A stretch of DNA of 7,023 bases from Octopus sinensis (GCF_006345805.1 NW_021828988.1:1-7023), one strand, 5' to 3'. Counted from the first letter of the stretch, positions 1 to 6,933 are shown. Translations and numbers: made by a program. Notes: generated by a model from the letters alone, not told the origin.

Positions 1-44
1 AATAAAGAGATAATAAAATACCTTTTAATTGAAAGTTTACATTC

Positions 45-585
45 TTAACAAGATGTAGGTATTGATGACAGCCAACAATAGCATGACTATTGAATATTGG
101 TTTCAAATTTTGGTACAAGGCCAGCAATTTTGGGATAGGTGGTAAGTCGATTACATCGATCTCAGTGCTCAACTGGTAATTATTTCATCGACCCTGAAAA
201 GACGAAAGGCAAAGTCGACTTCGGTGGCATTTGAACTCAGAATGTAAAGACGGACGAAATTCTGCCAAGTATTTTGCCTAGCACTCTGCCACTGAGTATT
301 ACGTTAGAAATTTGTGGGTTTGCATCTTAGGTCACCAAATTCCTCGATGTGAAGTCTGTTCCTTTGATTATTTAGCAACTCATCTATGTGGCTAAATCCA
401 GTTTCAGTTACAGAGGATCTTGCAAGCATAAGTAGAGACTTGTCAGAAACTGCACTAAATTTTAGATATTTGGTTGTAGTGTTTTCATTGTACCAGAAAT
501 AACTAAATTTTAGTATTTGAAAATTGTCTTTGCCTCGAGATTCCCGTTCATTTCAATCAATTTCTCTTGTTAATCTCAGTATTTG
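45..585 (-). mobile_element. Degraded hAT-superfamily DNA transposon (Buster/Charlie, ZBED5/SCAND3-like): C-terminal dimerisation region of the transposase, interrupted by a SINE at ~94-292
   Basis: Manual - strand translation gives QEKLIEMNGNLEAKTIFK (569-516), then after a frameshift YFWYNENTTTKYLKFSAVSDKSLLMLARSSVTETGFSHIDELLNNQRNRLHIEEFGDLRCKPTNF* (501-304). Beyond the SINE it resumes as HAIVGCHQ..S.* (85-45). This matches the family pattern QEELIEL..D...K..F...FW......KYP......LL.F.SSY..E.GFS.....L.K.RNRL....GDLRL.LT...PNI..LV..HQ...SH* (recalled, not searched). Confidence 0.75.
94..292 (-). mobile_element. tRNA-derived SINE with a partly deleted 5' head and a Meta/MESC-like central domain
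   Basis: The reverse strand reads TGGCAGAGTG (degenerate A box), then GAGTTCAAATGCC (B box, + strand 226-238), then GTCGACTTTGCCTTTCGTCTTTTCAGGGTCGATGAAATAATTACCAG (central domain). It resembles a very abundant Octopus SINE (recalled). Possible TSD: TGAATATT (91-98) / TGAGTATT (293-300), one mismatch. Confidence 0.8.
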
Positions 586-630
586 ATTCCTTTTTTTTTT
601 CATATACAGTGATACTTCAGCTTTACGCCA

Positions 631-1030
631 TTTTTTTTCTCTAATTTCAGCTCAGAGCTGTGGCCATGCTGATGCACCGCCGTTTTGCTAATTGAGGTCT
701 TCATTAGAGTCTCCTCTAATATGTGGCACTTGGGGAAGCATGGAGTTTGATATAGCTACCCTCATTTGCACCTCTTGCCGTGAGGTAGGTTCATCTGGGA
801 CTCTCGACAGGAAGAGGTCCAACTTTGATTTAAAAACCCTACATCTACTTTGTGCAAGTTCCTCAGACTCTTTGGGAAAATATTAAAAATCTGTGGGCCC
901 TTGAAACCCAGGTTGTTGCAGTAACTGGTCCTGAAGCGTGATGGCATTGCTGGGACCTTTGGCACTATGCAGTGTCGTCCCGTTCTAGCATTGGTGTAGC
1001 TTAGGCCCTGGGACTGAAATTCCCTGTGGA
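631..1030 (-). mobile_element. 3' fragment of a CR1/L2-group non-LTR retrotransposon: ORF2 C-terminus, short 3' UTR and A8 tail
   Basis: The - strand reads SYTNARTGRHCIVPKVPAMPSRFRTSYCNNLGFKGPQIFNIFPKSLRNLHKVDVGF. After a 1-nt loss in the A-run at 832-836 it continues KSKLDLFLSRVPDEPTSRQEVQMRVAISNSMLPQVPHIRGDSNEDLN* (TAG at 690-688). GP.LFN.LP...RN......F K.KLD.FL..VPD.P is the typical CR1-group ORF2 end. The A8 tail is at 631-638. The 5' boundary is approximate. Confidence 0.75.
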
Positions 1031-1202
1031 CCGGTGTACTCTGTAAGTTTCATATTCAGTTTTGGATAGAAAAAATAAACCCTAATTTCAGTCGATTTAT
1101 TTGATTGAAATGGAGGCTTATTTCACAGGACCCAATTGGAAAGAAACAGAAATGACAGTACAGAATCATGAATAGTAGAGAAAAGTCGTCGATAAGTTAT
1201 GC

Positions 1203-1222
1203 TTCACACCGAAGGGAGTGAA
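1203..1222. repeat. Short hairpin TTCACACC-GAAG-GGAGTGAA
   Basis: 7 of 8 stem positions pair (1203-1210 with 1215-1222), with a 4-nt loop. Confidence 0.6.
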
Positions 1223-1228
1223 AGACTT

Positions 1229-1280
1229 AACGTAACTTATGGCATAAAACGTAACTTATGGCATGAAACGTACGGCATAA
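1229..1280. repeat. 19-bp tandem repeat, ~2.7 copies (AACGTAACTTATGGCATRA)
   Basis: Units at 1229-1247 and 1248-1266 differ by one base. A third unit with an internal deletion, AACGTACGGCATAA, is at 1267-1280. Confidence 0.9.
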
Positions 1281-1507
1281 ACAAAAAAGACCTTTGTTTT
1301 TTTTTCTTAAATATGATCACGAGGAATTAAACTAAGTTCCGATATTTTTTACAAAACGTCTCTTAGTGTCTTAAAACATTGAAGATCTTTTATTATCTTA
1401 TCTCAATGCATTTTCACAAGATAGTATTTAATCCTTGAAGGTTTCATTGCATCATTTTCAAATTTGTCTTTCCCCTTTAACAAAAATATAGATATTGTCG
1501 TGTTAGT

Positions 1508-1547
1508 GACAGATAGATAGATAGACAAGCTGACAGACAGATAGATA
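1508..1547. repeat. Mixed (GATA)/(GACA) microsatellite
   Basis: gacagatagatagatagacaagctgacagacagatagata. Confidence 0.85.
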
Positions 1548-1871
1548 ATTATTTTCAATAAATTAGCTAATTAGTCACGATCACAGGAATATATTTAATT
1601 TTCCTTCATGTGTATTTGCGTTTTGCTTTTTTTACGCAGATTTGTTAACTCTATTAAAGAGATAAAAAGGAAAAGATATATTTAAATCGATATTATATTG
1701 TATTGCAATAATTGTTTTATATATATTTATAATCTTAATTTATTACAGCAACTTTAAAGAGATCAATTTATGCATAATTTTTTATTTATATTACAGAGAT
1801 TTTCAACTTACAACATTTGAATTTTACTGCTTGTTTTACTACTCTCAACGGTAAGAAAAATGTCGACAACA

Positions 1872-2140
1872 GATGCAGGAGTGTCTGTGTGGTGAGAAAT
1901 TTGCTTTCCAGTCTCATGGTTCCGGGTTCAGTCCCACAGCGTGGCATCTTGGGAAAATCTCTTATATTATAATTCCAGGTCCAATAAAACTCCGTGAGAG
2001 GATTTGATCGACAGAAACTGAAAGAAGCACGTCGTGTATGTATGTATGTATGTATGTATGTATGTATGTATGTATGTATGTATGTATGTATGTATGTATG
2101 TATGTATGCATGTTTGTATGTATTTGCTCCCACCGCCATA
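1872..2140 (+). mobile_element. tRNA-derived SINE with a CORE-like segment and an internal microsatellite; 3' part missing
   Basis: A box TGTCTGTGTGG (1882-1892), B box GGTTCAGTCCC (1925-1935), CORE-like GCATCTTGGGAAAAT, and body GACAGAAACTG. It aligns with the copies at 5121-5288 (-) and 6951-7023 (+). Confidence 0.8.
2037..2108. repeat. (TATG)18 microsatellite inside the SINE
   Basis: A perfect 72-bp TATG array, directly visible. Confidence 0.97.
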
Positions 2141-2588
2141 TGTCATAATGTAAAAAGGGGGAAACAGATTGGGTTTATCCGTGGAAAGAAAAGCCTACGG
2201 AAAAGATTACGGTAACCTTGGGCAATAATGTCGTGCAAAAAAAAAACACATTACAGTTAATGACTCTCTTTTTTCCTTTCTTTTTTTTTGGTTCATAGGA
2301 TTATGCTCAAAGTGGCTCCGTCACTCACACGTGCCATCCTTGCTACATTCATCCATCTTTTTTTTTAAACATTCACTAGACAAAACTTCTCTCTCTACTC
2401 TCACCTTCATCTTCAAGTGATACTTGAAGAAGTTGATGAGAAATTCACCAGCGTGGAAAGTGTTTGTTTCTAGACCTTTCAGACGCGTCCACCATACACA
2501 TTCTTTCGCCATAGCCACAAGTACGATGAAGATGGCTCTTCCTTCCCGTTTCAAGGAAGGAGGCGTGACAATATTCACGATAAACTCG
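2141..2588 (-). mobile_element. Tx1/L1-clade LINE fragment (copy 1): last ~95 codons of ORF2 and proximal 3' UTR, truncated at both ends
   Basis: The reverse complement aligns to 4349-4795. It encodes EFIVNIVTPPSLKREGRAIFIVLVAMAKECVWWTRLKGLETNTF, and after a +1 A-run slip W.NVARMARVSDGATLSIIL* (TGA at 2295-2293). The UTR segment GGTTACC..TCTTTT.CGTAGGCTTTTCTT.CCACGGATAAACC is shared. Identity in the coding part is roughly 88% by hand alignment. Confidence 0.9.
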
Positions 2589-2875
2589 GTTTCAAAATAG
2601 GTTATTCAACAGTTAATGTATAAATTCAATAATATATGATATAACGAGAAATGGCTCTGACGAAGGTAGCATTAATTTTCTTAGGTCGTTCAATTTCCCT
2701 CAATTGATCAATAGACCAATTGAGTAAACATCAGTAACAAATCTTTAGTGACTACTGAAAACAGCTGTAAGCCAAATTTGTTCCAATAAAGGAAAAAAAT
2801 TGTAATAGCCATTATTTTAACTTGTTTCTTATATATCACTCTGTGTAAAAGCCAGTTTGTCTGGAGCTCATCTAC

Positions 2876-2889
2876 AGATGTACAATATA
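2876..2889. repeat. Target-site duplication, left copy (AGATGTACAATATA)
   Basis: Exact 14-bp match to 3271-3284; the two copies directly flank the SINE. Confidence 0.9.
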
Positions 2890-3270
2890 AGGAAGCACTC
2901 CGTCGGTTACGACGACGAGGGTTCCGGTTGATCCGAATCAACGGAACAGCCTGCTCGTGAAATTAACGTGTAAGTGGCTGAGCACTCCACAGACACGTGT
3001 ACCCTTAACGTAGTTCTCGGGATATTCAGCGTGACACGAGAGTGACAAGGCCGGCTCTTTGAAATACAGGTACAACACAGAAACAGGAAGTAAGAGTGAG
3101 AGAAAGTTGGGAAAGAGTACAGCAGGGATCACCACCATCCCCTGCCGGAGCCTCGTGGAGCTTTGGTGTTTTCACTCAATAAACACTCACAACGCCTGGT
3201 CTGGGAATCGAAACCGCGATCCTATGACCGCGAGTCCGCTGCCCTAACCACTGGGCCATTGCGCCTCCAA
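2890..3270 (-). mobile_element. Complete ~380-bp tRNA-derived SINE with TSD
   Basis: The head reads GGAGGCGCAATGGCCCAGTGGTTAGGGCAGCGGACTCGCGGTCATAGGATCGCGGTTTCGATTCCC. It has an A box (+ 3248-3258), an intact D-arm stem GCCC/GGGC, and a B-box variant GGTTTCGATTCC (+ 3204-3215). CpGs are retained, the 3' tail has two hairpins, and the TSD is an exact 14 bp. Confidence 0.92.
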
Positions 3271-3284
3271 AGATGTACAATATA
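3271..3284. repeat. Target-site duplication, right copy (AGATGTACAATATA)
   Basis: Exact match to 2876-2889. Confidence 0.9.
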
Positions 3285-3665
3285 GGATTGTGATGAACCA
3301 TAAACTTGGGTCCTACCAAAAGCTTTCCTGGAGTTCTTCACTAATTGAAGATAATATTGTTAGCATGGTGTACCAACAGAGAACTTATGAAGAATTTAGC
3401 CCAGATTGATAATTCCTCACTATTTGTTCTCTCTCTCTATATATGTATGCAACCACACACACGTACTGTTCGTGACATATTTTCCTTCTCTGGACTTTTC
3501 CGCTTTCCTTTTAAGACGAAGACCTATGCTCGAAAAGTTAAAAACTTACACTTCTTTCCACCTTTCCTGAGCGTTAAACATTCCATGTGTACGTCCTCTT
3601 ATTGTTTTGTATTTTTAATGTTCGATTGTTTGTTGAAGTTTTAATATTCGATTTAACTACTCCCT

Positions 3666-3687
3666 ACACACATACACACACATATTA

Positions 3688-3720
<33 letters not shown>
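3666..3720. repeat. Compound (CA)n/(TA)n microsatellite
   Basis: acacacatacacacacatattatatatg followed by a perfect TA run at 3694-3720. Confidence 0.93.
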
Positions 3721-3727
3721 GTAATCA

Positions 3728-3832
<105 letters not shown>

Positions 3833-4643
3833 GAACAGGTGTGGTCGCCGTTTGTGAGGCACGCTTTCCCGCAGCTAATCTCCATGACCGAACTGCAGTC
3901 GCGGATCAAAAAGAGGCCGAGGAAGGGCGAATGGCACCGCGAGTGTCGCGTTGCTCTCAAGCAACTCTGCCGTCCCGGGTCGACGCTGAGTAACTCCATC
4001 ACAACCCAAGCATTCTATAGGGGATTAGTGGAGGGGAGGTACGACGACGAGCTCGGGGCGAACCTGGACGTCGACGAGGAATACCTGACCCGCCTGTTCG
4101 GGACGACTTTCGGGCCAGGGCCCATGGACAACTTCCAGAGATCGCTGGCCTGGCAGTGCTACCGAGAAGCGCTACTCGTTCGGGATAAGCTCTACAGACA
4201 CGGCTCGAGAAACACGGGGCCGACCTGCCCGAGATGCGGTCAGAGCGACGAAACCGTTCTGCACGCACTCGTGCTGTGTCCAACAATTTCCGACCTGTGG
4301 GCTTATGTCGAACAACTGCTGTCACGTGTGGGACGAGTCGTTTATCAGCTGAGTCTATTGTCAATATTGTCACGCTCCTTCCTTCAAACGGGAAGGAAGA
4401 GCTATTTTCATCATCCTTGTGGCTATGGCGAAAGAATGTATCTGGTGGACGCGTCTGAAAGGATTGGAGACAAACACTTTCCTCTCTGGTCAATCTGTCA
4501 TCAACTTCTTCAAGTACCACTTGAAAAGGAAAGTGAGAGTAGAGAGGCAAGTTTTGTCTAGTCAATGTTTTAAAAAACAATGGGTGAATGTAGCAAGGAT
4601 GGCACGTATGAATGACGAAGCCACCTTGAGCATAATCCTATGA
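3833..4643 (+). pseudogene. Disrupted ORF2 C-terminus with a zf-RVT-type CCHC zinc knuckle; two 1-nt deletions
   Basis: AWQCYREALLVRDKL...CPRCGQSDETVLHALVLC (C-x2-C-x8-H-x4-C, 4226-4279). The frame shifts at ~4340 (RVGRV to LSAESIVNIVT) and at ~4374. Copy 1 has the missing C at the second site (acg cct cct). The three track ORFs starting at 3839, 4234 and 4419 are pieces of this one reading frame. Confidence 0.85.
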
Positions 4644-4821
4644 ACCCAGAAATTGAAAACAGAGGGTTACCCACTTGCAAACAAATGTGGTAACATATAA
4701 CAATATTGACCGAGGTTACCCTGGTCTTTTTCGTAGGCTTTTCTTCCCACGGATAAACCTTATCTGCTTCCCCCTTTACACCGTACATCATGACACTGTG
4801 ATACACGATCCCTATTGATCG

Positions 4822-4932
4822 TTTTTTCCTCTTCCCCTTTTTTCTTTTTTCCTTTTCTTTTTTCTTTTTTTTTTTTTCTTTTTTTTGTTTTTTTTCTTTT
4901 CCTTTTTTTCTTTTTTTTTTCTTTTTCCCTTT
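4822..4932 (+). repeat. ~110-nt polypyrimidine (T-rich) tract in the LINE 3' UTR
   Basis: Almost entirely T/C, with a single G. Confidence 0.9.
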
Positions 4933-5038
4933 CGATCCCTTTTGATCGAAAACTACCTACGCACATTTTTTTTTCATCCCCCAAAGAAAAGCTCTACCTT
5001 GTAATTTGTCCCATCTGTGTGGCTAGCCCTGTGTGGCC

Positions 5039-5044
5039 AATAAA
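5039..5044 (+). promoter_or_regulatory. Polyadenylation-signal-like AATAAA at the 3' end of the LINE
   Basis: AATAAA followed by GAAACT and then the TATC array. Its position matches the element end; function is inferred. Confidence 0.55.
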
Positions 5045-5049
5045 GAAAC

Positions 5050-5050
<1 letters not shown>

Positions 5051-5119
<69 letters not shown>
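5051..5119. repeat. (TATC)17 microsatellite abutting the 3' junction of the LINE
   Basis: A perfect 69-bp array with the same motif and strand as 3729-3832. Confidence 0.97.
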
Positions 5120-5120
5120 G

Positions 5121-5288
5121 TATATAATAGACTCCTGCACAGTTTCCGTCTAGCAAATTCGTCCACAAGGCCTTTGTCAGCCAGGATCTTATTGTTGCAG
5201 ACGCTTGCTAAAAGTGACCAGCAGTGGGACTGAACCCGAAACCACGTGATTGCAAAGCGAGCTTCTCTAACCACACAGCTATCGCATT
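5121..5288 (-). mobile_element. tRNA-derived SINE, 5' half, related to the 1872-2140 family
   Basis: The reverse strand has an A box TAGCTGTGTGG (+ 5271-5281), a B box GGTTCAGTCCC (+ 5226-5236) and body TAGACGGAAACTG, and then runs into the AGAT array. Confidence 0.8.
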
Positions 5289-5746
5289 AAAAAATGTTTA
5301 ACTTAATTCTTTCGGAAGTAAAATCACTCCAAGCATATTTTAACGTTCTCAATAAGGCAGGATTTGTTTTTATGGTTGAATTTAAACGCCCTCAGCTCTC
5401 TCTGTAGGTTTCGGTCGTTCTGCATCTAACTCATTCTAACCAATTGCTATTTATATAAAGGCTTTACGAGAACTGTGTCCTTCACTGCTGCAAAAGTGAG
5501 TGTTGGCAGAAACGATTTGATGTCCCGGAAAGTTGCTGTAACGTCTATATGCACATTTACTTTATTAGAATACATTCCAAATTCATTGTTTTCGTCTAAT
5601 TATTTTACATAGACAGTGCTCATAGCTCCAATTAATTTCTAATTACTTAAAGAGCATTGTCAGTAAAGAAAGACCTCAATTAAATGAATTAGGATGTACG
5701 CTCTGAGATACGTATGCCTAGTTACCACTGACACAAAAATAGACCT

Positions 5747-5797
5747 ACATACACGCACGCACACATATGTGCGTGTGTATATTTATCTATATATCTA

Positions 5798-5896
<99 letters not shown>

Positions 5897-5961
5897 ATAT
5901 AATATGTGTGTGTGTGTGTACATATAATTGTACATATATATATGTACAATTATGCTTGCGT

Positions 5962-6032
<71 letters not shown>

Positions 6033-6036
6033 GCTA

Positions 6037-6068
<32 letters not shown>

Positions 6069-6112
6069 ACTGTCAATCTGCCTATCTATCTTTCTCTCTT
6101 TCTTTCTATATG

Positions 6113-6144
<32 letters not shown>

Positions 6145-6441
6145 ATATATTACATACACCCACACACCCACATATATAAGATATATTAATATAAAAACAT
6201 ATATTTATATATAAGACATGTATAATATACATATATAAATAAGAGGTACATAATTATATATAATATATATTTATTATATATATAATATATACCATTATAT
6301 ATAATATATATATATACATATAAACACACATACATATATATATACACATATATATATACATATATGCACACACGTGAGTATACATACTGTGTGAGAGTGT
6401 GTTTTTTTTTGTATATATTATATATGTAATATATGTATATA
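5747..6441. repeat. Compound microsatellite / low-complexity block: (ATCT)24 at 5799-5894, (TATC)17 at 5963-6030, (TGTC)6 at 6039-6062, then TA/CA-rich sequence
   Basis: Directly visible tandem arrays and near AT-only sequence. Confidence 0.95.
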
Positions 6442-6898
6442 CATCTCACAAAAACCCCAAACATACAAAAAAGCACTTCTGCTTTGTTTATAGAATCAAT
6501 CAAAATAAAACGTAAATGGAGAAATAACAAACGCATCGTATCTTAAATCTAATTTATAAATTATAAACTATGATCAGGAAAAATGGTCGTACATCCGGTT
6601 CCGGTATCGGCGCCGGTATAGCTGCCGGATAAAAATTGTTATTGTTGTTATTATTGTTGTTGCATTTACTTCTACCCTCACATTTGTTGTTATGTTTTTT
6701 TTTCGTTATTGACATGTGTGTGTGTACGTGTGTTTTAACTCGACATATCGTAGTATGCCTTCGTGTTGCGTTTGTGGTTTTAAGAACATGGCAGCCACAA
6801 CAAGATGAAACACAGTAGTCGTTGACTGGCGATTATGTCGGTCGTGTCAATCGTGGTTGAGCAGTCTTATGATCTAAATCGTTCTAGTTATGAACATC

Positions 6899-6933
6899 CT
6901 GACAATTTTTTCTTCTTTTTTTCTTTTTTGCAG
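6899..6933 (+). promoter_or_regulatory. Candidate 3' splice site (branch point CTGAC, polypyrimidine tract, CAG)
   Basis: CTGAC at 6899-6903, tttttttcttctttttttcttttttg, then CAG at 6931-6933 followed by G. Motif evidence only. Confidence 0.45.

Larger units (their letters stand above)
3833..5050 (+). mobile_element. 5'-truncated Tx1/L1-clade non-LTR retrotransposon (copy 2), 1218 bp, with an apparently complete 3' end
   Basis: A GC/CpG-rich ORF2 C-terminus with a zinc knuckle, stop TGA at 4641-4643, a ~400-nt 3' UTR, AATAAA at 5039-5044, then directly (TATC)n. Confidence 0.88.

Noticed and set aside
598-1060. Possible TSD of the CR1-like fragment: TTTCATATACAGT (598-610) / TTTCATATTCAGT (1048-1060)
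   Set aside because: It matches at 12 of 13 bases, but the left copy is 20 bp from the A tail and the context is T-rich. Suggestive, but not enough to call.
1229-1280. CRISPR-like repeats
   Set aside because: The units are adjacent with no spacers, and the DNA is eukaryotic.
1786-2215. ORFs 1786-2139 (-) and 1994-2215 (+)
   Set aside because: They are open only because the (TATG)n array lacks stops (YIHT/CMYV repeats); the rest is SINE and LINE UTR sequence.
2938-3247. ORFs 2938-3138 (-) and 3059-3247 (+)
   Set aside because: Both lie entirely within the SINE.
3195-3268. Possible tRNA gene
   Set aside because: The A/B boxes and D-arm are present, but the acceptor, anticodon and T stems do not fold, and the sequence continues into a SINE body with a TSD. 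The same holds for the other SINE heads.
3345-3644. 99-aa ORF
   Set aside because: It has a non-ATG start, low-complexity AT-rich composition and no recognisable domain.
3999-4580. 193-aa antisense ORF
   Set aside because: It is the shadow of GC-rich LINE ORF2 on the opposite strand and has no recognisable motif.
4815-5233. ORFs 4815-5153 (+), 5033-5233 (+) and Lys-rich 4760-4984 (-)
   Set aside because: They are translations of the polypyrimidine tract and (TATC)n array, not proteins.
5440-5460. CCAAT followed by TATATAAAG as a Pol II promoter
   Set aside because: The spacing is only ~8 bp, far from the usual arrangement, and such motifs are common in AT-rich DNA.
5694-6536. Several YLSI/IY-repeat ORFs
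   Set aside because: Microsatellite artefacts.
6636-6818. Leu-rich 60-aa ORF resembling a signal peptide
   Set aside because: It starts at TTG and derives from a TTG/TTA trinucleotide run and a GT repeat, with no other support.
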